Made by a program: the position numbers and the translations under genes
The notes under the pieces: generated by a model
Databases searched by the model: none
What the model was told of the DNA's origin: nothing
The model's input: only the letters and a program-made list of their open reading frames with translations
NCBI RefSeq assembly: GCF_009914755.1
Contig: NC_060935.1
Origin: the human T2T-CHM13v2.0 reference genome, Homo sapiens
Length of the DNA stretch: 64,000 bases
Reading direction: 5' to 3' (one strand)
Shown here: positions 1 through 20,582 of the stretch, in pieces
Numbering within the stretch: position 1 is the first letter of the stretch
Layout of the letters: each line of letters opens with the position of its first letter

Positions 1-1780
1 AAGGTTTTGATGTGAACCACCGGAGTAGAAACTATTATAGTAAAAGTACCTGAATAAAAAAATTGGAAGGATACAAGACTGTGGTCTGAGAAGAGAATAC
101 ATGATTTTCAGAGAAGGTCTGAGATTATGGAAACGAAAAGTACAGGAGGCTAGCAGATTGTCTATGTGAACATTATAGTTGTCTAAAATGCTGACAGGTT
201 ATAATGAAGAGGACTACTATGAAAAGAAGTGCTAAAGTATTCAAAGAAAGAAATAAAACAATCAATGTTGTTCTCAATGGTAAATGGTAATAATCACAAA
301 AGAATAGAGCTTTTGGCCAGGCATGCTGGCTCATCCCTGTAATCCCAGCACTTTGAGAGGCTGAGGCAGGAGGATCTCCTGAGCCTGAGTACAAGACTTA
401 GGCAAGATGGCAAAAACCCATCTGTACAAAAAAAATTTTTTTTAATTAGCTGGGAGTGGTGGCGTGTACCTGTAGTCCCAGCTACTTAGGAGGCTGAGGC
501 AGGAGAAACCCATTAGCTCAAGAATTCAAGGTGACAATGAGCTATGATCATGCCACTGCACTCCAGCCTGGGCGACAAAGCAATACTCTATCTCTTGGAA
601 AAAAAAAAAAAAGAACTTTTTTTTCCCCCAAAAAAGAATGGAGTCACCATCCATAGGGATTATGATTCTCACTTTACAGATGTGAAAATATGGATTCTGA
701 AAAATTTAATAATTGATCCAAACCCATCCAACTACTAAATGGTAGAACTAAGACATAAATAAAGGTGCTTCCAACTCTAAGGCTCATTACATAGCTTTCC
801 TAAAAAAGAAATGCCCATGTTTTTGTTTTTCAGGAAGATTCAATTCAGAAGCCATATTCCTGAAATAAATACTTCAAATGTGGAAAAATACATACTAAGA
901 GGATTTAGATTTTAAGATTACCCTAAAAAGGTTTCTGAAAAATAAAAATGGTTTAATAATCAAGACAGCAGCAGTTAATGAGTGACAGCCTTAATCAGAT
1001 TAACATTTGCTATATTACAAAGACAAAGCAATTGAAATCAAGTTTTTTTCTTTAATCTATAGAATGACAAATGAAATCAAGTTTTTATGCTAACTACAAT
1101 ACATATAAAATGGATAAGTAAATTAAGAGTAACTTGTTTTCTTTTTTTAACTTAAAATTTTTTTAATTCATTTAACAAGGCAGTTTAAATCTATGCTCCC
1201 CAATTGTTTCACAAAAACATTTCATAACTGAAAAGTAGTGGTAATAAAAAAAATTTTAAAGAGTTAACATGGTAAAGATTTACAGTGTGCTTAGTGTCTC
1301 AAAGTACTTGCTCTTAAGATTACTAATTTATTCCTTTTAGTTTGTTCTTTGATTTTTGGTATTGAAACTGTGTAGGTTGTGAGGGCAGACATCCTTACTT
1401 GTTCCTGATCTTAGAAAGCGTTCAGCCTTTCACATTAAGTATATAAGATGTGGCATTTTTATGGATGCTCATTACCATTTTGAAGTTTCCTTCTATTCCT
1501 AGCTTGTTGTTGTATGTTTTTATCATGAAACGCTGCTGGATTTTGTCAAATGCTTTTTATGTGTACATTCAAATGATCATGTGATTTTGTCCTTTATTTT
1601 ATTCAAATAATGTATTATGTTTATTGCTTTTTGTATATTCCACTTGTTAAATGACACATAGGTCAGGTGTGGTGGCTCATGCCTGTAATCCCAGCACTTT
1701 GGAAAGCCGAGGTGAAAGGGTTGCTTGGGCCCAGGAGTTCAATACCAGCCTGGGCAACATAGCAAATCTGTCTTTGTTTA

Positions 1781-1782
<2 letters not shown>

Positions 1783-1828
<46 letters not shown>
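1783..1828. repeat. (AAT)n microsatellite
   Basis: About 15 AAT units derived from an Alu monomer tail. Confidence 0.95.
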
Positions 1829-1829
<1 letters not shown>

Positions 1830-2248
1830 GAAATAAAAATAATAGTGTATATCTTTTTTAACATGTTGCTGGATTCAGTTTGGTTGTATTTTGTTGACAA
1901 TTTTTGTGTCTATATTCATAGGGGATATTGGTCTGTAGTTTAATTTTGATATCTCTGTCTGGGTTGAATATTAGAGTAACTGACCTCACAGAATGAGGTG
2001 GGTCCTCTTCTATTTTTCAGAAGAGTTTTACAAAGTATTGGTGTTGTTCTCTAAATGTTTCATAGAATTGACCAATGAAATTATCTGATGCTGGGATTTT
2101 CTATGTGGGCAGTTTTTTTTATTACTAATTCTCTCTACTTATTAGATATATATTCCGATTTTCTATTTCTTCTTGAGATAGTTTTAGTAAACTGTGTCTT
2201 TCTTGGAATTTGTCCATTTTACCTGTCATCTAATTAGTTAGCATTTAA

Positions 2249-2623
<375 letters not shown>

Positions 2624-2783
2624 TGATTTCAGAACTTGAGTCTTCTTTTTTTTCTTGGTCAGTCTAGCTAAAGTTAGTCAATTTTTTTATCTTTTCAAAG
2701 AACTGCTTTTGGTTTCATTGATTTCCTCCATTGTTTTTCTGCTCTCTCTTTCATATATTTCTGCTTTAACCTTTATTAACTTC

Positions 2784-3323
2784 TGTATTAAGCATGTCTT
2801 TTTACTTTCTATAGTTTTGATGTTTTGACATCAGGGTCCTTGCTGACACTGGAGGGACTGCCCCTGCCAGGATTAGCTTTTTCATTAGAGATAGTAAACT
2901 CACCTTTGAGTACTCCTTTCATAGGCAAACCAACCAATCCAAAGCCAATACCCCAGCACCTCCTCTATGACACTGAGGGCCAATACTACACTGCCCTAAT
3001 CACCCGGGCCAGGTACTAGACAACCAGGAACAGCCCCTCAACCCCAGAACCCCTGAAATTATCCGAACTAGCTAATCCTAAACCTGCTTACCCTGTCTTG
3101 TGTGCCTCTTCCCTGAAAACCACAATCAAGGCTTTTGTCCACATTTCCCCAGCCACCTGCCTTTTAACTGACCCAGTGCTTCCCCATGTGGCCCCCTCTG
3201 GCATGGCATGCCCTCTTCTCTTGGGATCTGTGAGTATAACAAACTATCTTTTCAATGGCAATCATCTCCTGATCTATTGGCCTCACCATACAGGAATAAT
3301 GATAAAACCTAAATTTTAAAATA
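2784..3323 (+). mobile_element. Solo LTR (ERVL-type, LTR47-like; family tentative) inserted in the L1
   Basis: Starts with TG, composition shifts, the L1 sequence resumes after it, and it has an imperfect 5-bp flanking repeat ACTTC/GCTTC. Confidence 0.55.
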
Positions 3324-3943
3324 GCTTCTTCCTTCTGTCGCTTTGGGTTTAGTTTTCTTCCAGTTTCTTAAAGTAGAATGTTAGGCTATTTATTTAGTAT
3401 CTCTTTTCTTTTTTGTATAGCACTGCTTTAGTTGTATACCATAAGTTTTGGTGTGCTGTGTTTTCTTTTTTATTAATCTCAAAGCATTTTCTAATTTCTC
3501 TTGTGATTTCATCTTTGACATTAATTATTTAGGAGTGTATTATTTAATTTTCACATATTTGTGAATGTGCCAAATATCCTTCTGTTAATGATTTCTAATT
3601 TCATTATTCATTTATTCTTAATTTCAAATGTAGATAAAAAATGTCACAGAATCCTAGGCTTGGACAAAATCTATAGAGAATATCCACCATTACTTCTAAT
3701 GCCATCCTAGATGATATTGGAGATATATTTCAACAGACTTTGGAAGAGACAAAAGAAATCAAATGATAAAAGTTTATCCTAGGACTGGACAAAATCATTT
3801 ACACATTGTATTTATACAGCATTTTACAGATTATAGAAAGTACTTTTACATCCACAACTGCAAGTAAATAATTTTTTAAAAATATCTTGAATATTACTTG
3901 TAACACAAAATAGACAACAAATAAATTGGCAAAAACAAAATAC

Positions 3944-4002
3944 CTGATAGGTGTTGTCAAAACTGTCATACATGAATCTGGTGATCAAAGATGTCTTTCC
4001 AA
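3944..4002 (-). CDS. RAB6A: RAB6A coding exon 2 (59 nt; [20 protein letters not shown])
   Basis: Acceptor TTTTTTCGTTTCATTTCAG ends at 4003; donor CAG|GTATTT at 3943. 70+59=129 nt keeps the frame and completes the P-loop GEQSVGKT. Confidence 0.98.
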
Positions 4003-4460
4003 CTGAAATGAAACGAAAAAAAGATTTGCTCAGTGAACACATTACATTGGGTTCTCAGAAAATTTTTCTACAGAGAACTGCAATTAAAGTCAATGGGAAA
4101 TACCTGCAATGGTTCTACTAAGAATAATTAAAACCCATATAGCCCCAAGATTGTCAAAATGACTTTCTCCAAACACAGACAACCATCTCCCAATTTAAAA
4201 GCACAGGTAAACAGTCTATAGTTAAAAGTTGAAAACATTCTGTTATTATATACTGACATTCCTAATTCACAAAAGGCCAAGTAAGTGTTTACTTGGCCCT
4301 AACAAAAAGAATTAATGGAGGCTTAGGTCCACTTCATCTAGCAAATCAAAGTATAATCCCTGGGAGTAGAAAGGCAAAAGATAGTCTTAGAAGGGGTATG
4401 AGGGCTACAAGAACTACACTGTTTTAAGAGTGAGAAAAACTGGCCAGGTGCGATGGTTCA

Positions 4461-4767
<307 letters not shown>

Positions 4768-4847
4768 TCATTTCAAAACCAGATAGAACTCTCTACTTCT
4801 CTGGCAAAGAATTACCAAAGATCCATAACTTCACTTTGTATTGTGAG

Positions 4848-5130
<283 letters not shown>

Positions 5131-5359
5131 TGATTCGCCCGCCTCGGCCTCCCAAAGTGCTGAGATTATAGGCGTGCACCACTGTGTCTGGACTGTATTG
5201 ATATTTTTAGGTTAATCCATATGAAAGTGTCATGAGGTCAAAAGTAGTGGAATGCTGGCAATTTCTTTACCAATAAGCACATTCTCCAAGGGCAAAAACC
5301 ATATCTGATTATTTTTCTATTTTGCCAGTGGCTTGACACAGACTCAAAATACAAAATGA

Positions 5360-5536
<177 letters not shown>

Positions 5537-5553
5537 TGAGACCATCCTGGCTA

Positions 5554-5814
<261 letters not shown>

Positions 5815-5860
5815 TCAGGCAACAGAATCGCTTGAATCTGGGAGGCAGAGATTGCAGTGA

Positions 5861-6202
<342 letters not shown>

Positions 6203-6402
6203 TGATCCGCCTGCCTTGACCTCCCAAAGTGCTGGGATTACAAGCATGAGCGTCCACATCTGGCCTCAATTATTTTCTTCATGGCATCTGGAAACTTGTC
6301 TTGGTTGGCAGAAGCTGCTTCTGCTGTTACACTGATTTTTTTGTTGTTGTTGTTTTAAGCCAAGTCTTTCAAAAATCATCAAGCCATCCCTTGCTGGAAT
6401 TA

Positions 6403-6840
<438 letters not shown>

Positions 6841-7230
6841 CTACATAGAGTGAAAGAGACCAGATACAAAAGAATATATACTCTGTAATTCTATTTATAT
6901 GACGTTCAAAACTGGTAGAATTAATGCTGATAGAAGTCAAGAAAAGTTGTAAGGGGTTTCTAACTGAGAAAGGGAGCCAAGGAATCTTCTAAGTGCTGGT
7001 ATTAATCATTACAAAGGTGAATAAAAAAGTAAAATTTCCAACAAGCCATATATTTAAGATTTGTCTACTTTGTGCCCTTTACTGGATGTTATACTTTAAA
7101 ATAAAATCTTTTTCTCAAAGAGTAAAACACTTTACTATATATGTATCATTCCCAATAAAAAGTGTATATATGTATGTGGCTATCAAGAACCCCTGATATA
7201 CTGTGACAAGAAGGGCACTTCACCTTGTGA

Positions 7231-7593
<363 letters not shown>

Positions 7594-7643
7594 TAATAGT
7601 GAGAAAAAAAAATGGCAAACCCAAATTGGAGATAAATCTACAG

Positions 7644-7930
7644 TAGCAGTCACCAATCTTTTTGGCACCAGGGACCAGTTTCATGGAAGACAGTTTTTCT
7701 GTGGGAGTTGGGGAGGAGGAACGGTGGATGGTTTCAGGATGAAACTGTTCTACCTCAGATCATCAGGCATTAGATTCTCATAAGGAGCATGCAACCTAGA
7801 TCCCTCACATGCACAGTTCACTATAGGGTTCTCGCTCCTATGAGAATCTAATGCCAGCACTGATCTGACAGGAGGTGGAGCTCAGGCCCACTGCTTACCT
7901 CCTGCCGTGAGGCCTGGTTCCTAACAGGAG
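7644..7930. mobile_element. MER1B (hAT-Charlie) DNA transposon fragment
   Basis: CTTTTTGGCACCAGGGACCAGTTTCATGGAAGACA ... CTCAGATCATCAGGCATTAGATTCTCATAAGGAGC matches the recalled consensus. Confidence 0.8.
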
Positions 7931-8004
7931 TAATCTAAAATCTAGGAGAAAAAAAACTAAAGGAGAGTGTCTCTCAGTAAAAGTAGGTAGGAACAAGACA
8001 ACTA

Positions 8005-8170
8005 CAAGTTGAGTATCTCTTAACCAAAATGCTCAGAACCATAAATATTTCAGATTTTAGAAAATTTGCATTATACTTGAGCATCCTTAATCCAAAAGCC
8101 TGAAATGAGAAATGCTCCAATGAGCATTTCCTTTGAAAGTCATGTTTAAATATAAAATTTTGATGCATGT
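8005..8170. mobile_element. Tigger4/MER46-like DNA transposon fragment
   Basis: CAAGTTGAGTATCTCTTAACCAAAATGCT terminus and AAATGCTCCAATGAGCATTTCCTTTGA. Confidence 0.65.
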
Positions 8171-9305
8171 ATTTGTAAATCATCTCTTAATAACTACATT
8201 TGCATTCACTATGCTGCCTCAATGCAATCTCCAGAAACAAAATAGAAATTCTAGCACAATTTCAACATTTATAATAACATTCCTAAAATCACACCATCTG
8301 CACCATGCTAATTACACACTCTTGCAATTCTGTGAAGGCCAGACACAACAATGATCTCAGTAGGATTCACATTCCATTTGACTGTATTAACAACCACTGG
8401 CAAACAACTTGGGTATAAATTCTAATTCAAATGATAGGGCTCAATCTTTGAAACTTTTGTAGCCCAGGGCAAATATAATAGAAAAATGATCCTACTCACT
8501 TATATTTCTTCCTTTTAATGAGAACATACTAAATGCCAGGGACTGAAAAATGCTGGGGATATAAAAACAATCAGAACATAGTACTTGCTAAGGTTAAGTC
8601 AGAGAGACAAAAAGTTACTGCAGAGTGATAAAAAGTACAAGAGCATGTTGTGAATGGGGGCAGTCTTCTATTATAAGGCTAGAAGGTAAAGAAAAACTTT
8701 CCAGAGAAAAATAACTTTAAACATGAGGTCTGAAGGAGACTTTAGCTAGAAGAAAAAGAAGGTATCTCAGGCCTTTAACAAGGACCATGAGTATTAGAGA
8801 GCTAACTTAGGAAGCTTTATTTATTTTTCCAATCTTATTTGGAAAGAAATAAATTTAAATATGTAACTCTACTTATATACGAGATTACCTAAATTCTTCA
8901 ACAATAAATCAGACAAGTAAATCTGTAATAACCCATATGCAGGACATAATCTTGAAGTTACAGGCCCTCTTACAGGATTTTGCTGCTAATATCAAACCTA
9001 TCCCAACCTCAAAAGTCTATTTGAGAGAATAAGCAGTATTTGAGGAGGCAGTTTCTGGAATCCCAACCTTGCCTTAAAAAAAAAAAAAAAAAAAAAGAGA
9101 GAGAGAGAGACAGAGAGAGATAAATCACATACCATACAATTCACCTACTTTTTTTTTTTTGGAAACAGAGTGCAGTGGCATGATCGTGGCTCACCATGGC
9201 CTCAACCTCCTGGGTTGAAATAATCCTCTGACCTTAGCCTCCAGAGTAGCAGACGATACAGGTGGAAAGTGCTGGGATTACAGATATGAGAAATTCACCG
9301 TTTTA

Positions 9306-9943
<638 letters not shown>

Positions 9944-10502
9944 TCATCTCGAGAAAGAAAAAAAAAAGAAAAAAAAAAAAAAAAAAACAATTAGCCAGGC
10001 ATGGTGGTACATACTGTTGTCCCAGACACTTGAGAGGCTAAGGTGGGAGGATTGCTTGAGCCCAGGAGGTCAAAGCTACAATGAACCGTGATCATGCCAC
10101 TGCAGTCCAGCCTGGGTGACACAGCGAGACACTGTCTCAAAAAAAAAAAAAAAAAAAAGAAGAAAGAAAGAAAACAAGTGCTGGGACACAAAGCAAGTCT
10201 CAACAAATTTCAAATGTTTGAAATCATATAGAACGTATTATCTGCCCTCAGTGAAACTGAACAAGAAATTTACAACTAAAAGATATCCAGAAAATGTTGA
10301 AATGTTTGGAAATAACATAATGTACTTCTAACCCAGAGGTTCAAGAAGAACTCACAATGGAAATTTAGGCTTGGTGTGTTGGCTCGTGTATGTAATCCCA
10401 TCACTTTGGGAGGCTGAGGAGGATCGAGTGAATACAGGAGTTCGAGATCAGCCTGGGCAAATAAGCGAGACCCTATCTCTACAAAAAATTTAAAATTTAC
10501 TA

Positions 10503-10649
<147 letters not shown>

Positions 10650-11960
10650 TCATCATCATTTGAGCTAAATGATAATGAAATCATTATAACATATGGCAAG
10701 CACTACCCATAAGAGCCAAAGTGCAGAAACAAGCCAAATGTCCATCAACTAATAAACAAAACGTGGTACACAGATACAATGGGATGAAGTATTGATAATA
10801 TGCTTCAAAACAAATGAACCTTGAAAACACTACACTAACTGAAAGAGATCAGTCACTAAAGACCACATATTATTGCCGGGCATGGTGACTCACGCCTGTA
10901 ATCCCAGCACTTTGGGAGGCCAAGGCGGGTGGATCATGAGGTCAGGAGTTCAAGACCAGCCTGGCCAACATGGTGAAACCCCGTCTCTACTTAAAAAAAA
11001 TACAAAAATTAGCTGGGCGTGATGGTGGGCGCCTGTAATCCCAGCTACTCGGGAGGCTGAGGCAAAGAATTGCTTGAACCCGGGAGGCGGAGGTTGCAGT
11101 GAGCCGAGATCACACCATGCACTCCAGCCTGGGCGACAGAGGGAGACTCCATCTCAAAAAAAAAAAAAAAAAAAGACCACATGTTATTAATATATACTAA
11201 AAACCACTAAACTGTATACTTGATACAAGTAAATTATATGATATGTAAACTTTAGCTCCATAAAGTTGTTATAAAAATTTATGCAGGTGATGGTTGTACT
11301 AAATGTGAATGTTATTTTTTATTTATTTTTTACTTATTTATTTATTTTTAATAGAGACAAGGTCTCACTAAGTTGCCCAAGCTGGTTTTGAACTCCTGAG
11401 CTCAAGCAATCCTCCCACCACGGCCTCCCAAAGTACCAGGATTATGGTCGTGAGGCACCATGCCTAGCCGGTACTACAATGTGAATGTTCTTAATGCCAC
11501 TGAACTACACACTTAAAAATGGCTAAAATGGTCAGGGACAGTGGCTCTTGCCTGTAATCCCAGATACTCGGGAAGCTGAAACTGGAGGATGCTTGAGGCA
11601 AGGAGTCCAAGGCTAGCCGGGCAACAAAGCAAAACTCCATCTCCAAAAACATTTAAAAAGAAATTTAGCCAAGCACAGTGGAGTAGACCTGTAGCCCCAG
11701 CTACTTGGGAGGTTGAGGCAGGAAGATTCAAGCCCAGGAGTTTGCAACTACTATAAACTGTGATAGTGCCACTGCACTCCAGCCCTGGCAACAGGGTAAG
11801 ATCCTGTCTCAAAGTAAAAAATAAAATAAATATCCAATATTGAGGCCAGGAGCGGTCGCACTTTGGTAGGCCGAGGCAGGCAGATCACTTGAGGTCAGGA
11901 GTTTGAGGCCAGCCTGGGCAACATGGCAAAACCCCGTCTCTACTAAAAATACAAAAATTA

Positions 11961-12104
<144 letters not shown>

Positions 12105-12427
12105 TCAAAAAACAAAACTAAACTAAACTAAACTAAACTAATATTGGGGCTGGGCACAGTGGCTCATGCCTGTAATCCCAGCACTTTGGGAGGCTGAGGT
12201 GGGCAGATCACTTGAGGTCAGGAGTTCAAGATCAGCCTGGCCAACATGGTGAAATCCTATCTCTACTAAAAATACAAAAATTAGGCAGGTCTAGTACTCA
12301 GGATGCTGAGGCACAAGAATCGCTTGAACCTGGGAAGTGGAGGCTGCAGGGAGCCAAGATCACAGCACTGCACTCTGGCCTGGGAGACAGAGCAAGACTG
12401 CAAAAAAAAAATAGTAATAATAATTAA

Positions 12428-12477
<50 letters not shown>

Positions 12478-13120
12478 CTGGAACACCAAAGATAACTAAA
12501 AAGTAAACTAAAAAATTTTTTAAGAGATGGGGTGTCACTATATTGCCCAGGTTGGTCTCGAACTCCTGGGCTCAAGTGATCTTCCCGCCTCAGCCTCCCA
12601 AATGCTGGGATGAGTCATGAGCCACCAGTGCACTCAGCCTGATTTTTTATTTTTTATTTTTTTGAATCAGGGTCTTGTTCTGTCTCAGGCTGGAGTGCAG
12701 TGACACCAATCATGGCTCACTGCAGTGCCAAGTCCTTGGGCTCAAGAAATCCTGCCACCTCTAAGGTTGATTATTAAAAGTTAGATAAACTAATTATTGG
12801 GGCCTCAAGAAAACCGAGGGATATTAATTTAAAAGATAAGTTTTATAAGTGGCAAAGTAAGTCCTCACATAATATACTCTTGAAGGATACCTAGGATTCA
12901 CACAATCTAAGACTGGTATTTGCATAAAAAAGAGAAGCCTCAGGCCGGGCCCGGTGGCTCATGCCTGTAATCCCAGCACTTTGGGAGGCCCGGGCGGGCA
13001 GATCACAAAGTCAGGAGATGGAGACCACCACCCTGGCTAACACAGTGAAACCCCATCTCTACTAAAAATACAAAAAATTAGCTGGGCTTGGTGGCACACA
13101 CCTGTAGTCCCAGCTACTCA

Positions 13121-13261
<141 letters not shown>

Positions 13262-13716
13262 TTAGTCTACAATCTATAACTATGATAAATTCTGACCTGC
13301 TTCATAATTCTTGGTCAATAACATTGGCCAGATAGTATTGAACTAGACCAATTAGATATTTATATTTTTTACTTTTTCCCACAAAAAAACACTATAAAAA
13401 ATTAATCCGCTATGATAATGGTAGCTTAAATCATATGCTATGATTGTAGTAACAAAGCCAAGCAAAAGACACTATCTAGTCATTGTTCCATCCTGGTAAC
13501 AAAGACAGTTGAGAAAAGTACCTAGGGATCACAACAGAAAAGCTCAGCTGCAAGCAAACCTCACTGCAATATCATATCCAAGGGCGTCTCACCTAGGTGA
13601 TGCAATTCTAGAGGAAAACAAAATCAAATAAACCAAGCTAATGCTACTTCAGTGTAACTTACCTAGTCAATAAAACTAAAGTTTAAAAACCTAGTAGCCT
13701 TTCTCTAAAAGACCTA

Positions 13717-14054
<338 letters not shown>

Positions 14055-14290
14055 TTAAAAAAAAGAAAAAAAAAAACTACACTACACCTGTACAGTCGTA
14101 TTTAAAAATGGAGAGAATGAATGTGGTTGTATAGAAAATTTGTTAAAATAAGTAATTTCACATCTATGGCTCAAAAGTTGTTTTTAATAAAAGTGGTTTC
14201 TCCACAATAATATTTATTAGATCTACAGTATGAGTTTCCAGCATGATGAAATAGAGACATCCAAAGTAAAAACAAAAAATATTTACCTGA

Positions 14291-14524
<234 letters not shown>

Positions 14525-15148
14525 TGAACTCCTGACCTAAGGTGATCCACCCACCTCGGCCTCCCAAAGTGCTAAGATTATAGGCGTGAGCCACCGTGCC
14601 TGGCCCAAAATATACTCTTACCATATGATCCAGCGACCATGCTCCTTGGTATTTACCCAAAAGAGCTGAAAACATGTCCACACAAAAATCTGCACAAGAA
14701 AAAAAAAAAGGACGTACATGTATGTTTACAGCTGCTTTTTATTAGTAACTGGCAAAACTTGAAAGCAACCAAAATGTCCTTCAGTAGGTGAATGGATACA
14801 CAAACTGTGGTATATCCACACAATTGAGTATTATTCAGCACCAAAAAGAAATAAGCTATCAAATCATAGAAAGACATGCCAGAACCTAATGTGAACTATT
14901 AAATGAAAATATCTTATCTCGAAAGGAATGCATACATGATCCAACTACATAATATTCTGGAAAAGACAAAAAGAAATAAAAAATTAAAACAAAATGAAAT
15001 GAAATTTTTTAAGATTTAATTTTTTAGATCAGTTTTAGGTTCACAGCAAAATTGAGAGGCACTTACTGATATTTCCTATATATCTCCTGCCTCCAGGAGA
15101 CATATAGGGACAAGAAGGGAATGTGATTTAAAAAGAAAAACAAAATTA

Positions 15149-15554
<406 letters not shown>

Positions 15555-15856
15555 CTAAGCTTCCCAAAGTGCTGGGATTACAGGCGTGATCCACCACACG
15601 CAGACAAAAAAACTTGTTTAACTACATAAAAGCTGCAGATAAGAAAGATACATAATGGTAAAGACAGACTACTGATTACTCTTATCAAAGAAAAATGGGC
15701 CAGGCGTGGTGGCTCACGCCTGTAATCCCAACACACTGGGAGGCTGAGGCAGGTGGATCACCTGAGGTCAGGAGTTCAAGACCAGCCTGACCAACACGGA
15801 GAAACCCCGTCGCTACTAAAAATACAAAATTAGCTGGGCGTGGTAGCACATGCCTA

Positions 15857-16039
<183 letters not shown>

Positions 16040-16252
16040 CTATTAAATGCTAGGAAATAAGGAGGTTGGGGGATAAGAATGCAAAAACAAATACGAGTAA
16101 AGCCCTGACCTGAAAGGAGCTTACAATCCACTGAAGAAAACAAATATGCACACATACAAGAGAGTGAACAAGATAAGAAAGCACTGTAAGGCCAAGCACG
16201 GTGGCTCACGCCTGTAATCCCAGCACTTTGGGAGGCCAAGACGGGCAGATCA

Positions 16253-16531
<279 letters not shown>

Positions 16532-17318
16532 CTAGCAGAGGTATCCTTCTTCAATTTATAAAACATTGCAGGGGTCCCCAGTATCCGTAAGATAATGTTA
16601 AACTTTTAGCAGGTCATCAAGGACCTTTATGTCAAACTTGAGTTTGAAGCCAGGTGTGGTGGTGTGTGCCTGTAGTCCCAACTACTCAAGAGTATCAGGT
16701 GGGAGGATCACTTGAGCCCAGGAGACTGAGGCTTCAGTGAGACAGGATCACTGCAGCCTGGGCAATATGGCGAGATCCTGTCTCAGAAAAAAACCACCAA
16801 CCAAAAAAAAACACTTAATTCTGAGCCTAGCCTCCAGTCTCATCTCACACCTTTAACAAACATAAACCTCATCTGCCAATTACAGAAGGCTATTCATTAT
16901 TCTCCAAGCATACTATGTACTTTAGAGGCTCTGAACCCTTGCTCACATAACACAATTTTGTGAAACTTTTCTTTCCTGGTTACATTATTAGCTCATAAAA
17001 TTGATATCAGATATGGTTCTGCCTGAAGGAAAAAAAACTAAATTATCTTTCTAAATTACTTTCAGCCTAAGATTGCATCTCTCTAAGAATTTTAGATCAG
17101 CCAGGTGCCATGGCTCATGCCTGCAATCCCAGCATTTTGAGAGGCTGAGGCAGGGATCACTTGAGCCCAAAAGTTCAACATGGACAACATGGCAAGACCC
17201 TATCTCTACAAAAAATTTTAAACTGGACGGGCGCAGTGGCTCACGCCTGTAATTTCAGCACTTTGGGAGGCTGAGGCGGGTGGATCACGAGGTCAAGAGA
17301 TGGAGACCATCCTGGTTA

Positions 17319-17592
<274 letters not shown>

Positions 17593-18019
17593 TCACTTGA
17601 GCCCAGGAGGTCAAGGCTGTAGTATACTGTGATGACACCACTGCACTCCAGCCTGGGCAACAGAGTGAGACCCTGTCTCCAAAAAAAAAAAAAAAAAAAA
17701 AAGAATTTTAGATGGCAGCAGGACTTTTATTTTACTCCTACAACAAAGTCAACATACTTTTATAATTGTATCATAAGGACAAAAAGAGAAATCAAAATAG
17801 TTTGCACTCTAAAAGAATATTCCAGTGGAAAGTTCAAAATAAGCACTGGGGCTGGGCGCGGTGGCTTACGCCTGTAATCCCAACACTTTGGGAGGCCGAG
17901 GCGGGCAGGTCATGAGGTCAAGAGATCGAGACCATCCTGGCCAACATGGTGAAACCCCATCTCTACTAAAAATACAAAAATTAGCTGGGCATGGTGATGC
18001 ACACCTGTAGTCCCAGCTA

Positions 18020-18209
<190 letters not shown>

Positions 18210-18824
18210 TCACTCAAACACTTAAGTGTAGAAATTTTAAATAAAGCATGATCCATCTTTTCTTATGGGAAAAAATAGGAAAAATTGGTAATATAATAAA
18301 CACATTAACACTATCTCAAAGTATCTTGTTAATGCATTTATTTACTAGTTTACCTCTCTCAACTACACACGATAAAATAAGAAACAAGAACTGTATTTTT
18401 CTTGTTCATAGCTGTATACTCAGAGAGTCAGTTTCTGCCTGGCACTGAATGAATTAATTAACCAATGGAGAGAAACTTCACCAAGTAGACTTCATTCAGT
18501 ACTTTAGGCAGTTAATGTGGTCCAGAGTTTGGCCTAAAACAACTTTGCATTCTTAGAAAAATGAAAGTGGATACAACTCACAGAGACATAAAATTAACCT
18601 TAAGAAATAGAGATACAGGCCGGGTGCAGTGACTAACGCCTATAATCCCAGTACTTTGGGAGGCTGAAGCAGGTGGATCACTTGAGGTCGGGAGTTTGAG
18701 ACCAGCCTGACCAACATGGTGAAACCCTGTCTCTATTAAAAATTCAAAAATGAGATGGGTGGATCATCTGAGGTCAGGAGTTTGAGACCAGGCTGGCCAA
18801 CATGGTGAAACCCTGTCTCTACTA

Positions 18825-19232
<408 letters not shown>

Positions 19233-20082
19233 CTAACTACTCAGGAGGCTGAGTGAGAGGATCACTTGAGCCCAGGGAGTTCAAGAGCAGCCTGGCCAAC
19301 AGAGACCCCATCAATTTAAAAGAAAAAAAAAAAGCTGTTGTAAGCTAAAGAGAAAAGAAAAAAAGTCAAATTTTCTAATTTATAGTAAGAAATAACTTTT
19401 GTAAGAATGAGAATATTCATCAATTTTTCTCATTCAAGCTGTATATTTATGATTTATATGCTTCTATGTATACTACATATCAATCAAACATTTTCTCTAT
19501 ACACACACACAAAAAATAGCCAGGCACAGTGGCACATGCCTGTAGTCCCAAATACTAGGGAAATTGAGGCAGAAGAAACACTTGAGCCCAGGGGTTCAAA
19601 GTCAGTGTGCTATGATTGTGCCACTACACTCCAGCCTAGGTGACAGAGTGAGACTCTGTCTCTTAAAAAAAACCAGCACTTTGGGAGGCCAAGGCAGGAG
19701 GATCAGTTGAGCACAGGAGTTCAAAACCAGCCTGGAAACACAGCAAGACCTCATCTCTGCTAAAAATAAAAAAATTTAGCTGGGGATGGTGGTACACACC
19801 TGTATTCCCAGCTATGGTGAGAGGATTGCCTAAGCCCAGGAGACTGAGGCTGCAGTGAGCAGTGATCACACTACCATCACACTCCAACCAGGGAGACGTA
19901 GCAAAACTCTGCCTCGAAATAAATTAAAAAAAAAAAAAAAAGTGAGTTGTAGAACCAGACTACTGGGTTGAAATCCCAGCTTGCCTACTTACTAACCACG
20001 CAACCATGAGACAAGTTAGTTAATCTCTCTGTGCCTCAATTTCCTCACGGTAAAATCAGAATAACAGTAGTACACGTAGTAG

Positions 20083-20289
<207 letters not shown>

Positions 20290-20292
20290 TAG

Positions 20293-20582
<290 letters not shown>

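Noticed and set aside
3824-4042. 72-aa ORF containing [20 protein letters not shown] as a standalone gene or pseudogene
   Set aside because: It is RAB6A exon 2 plus flanking intron, with canonical splice sites.
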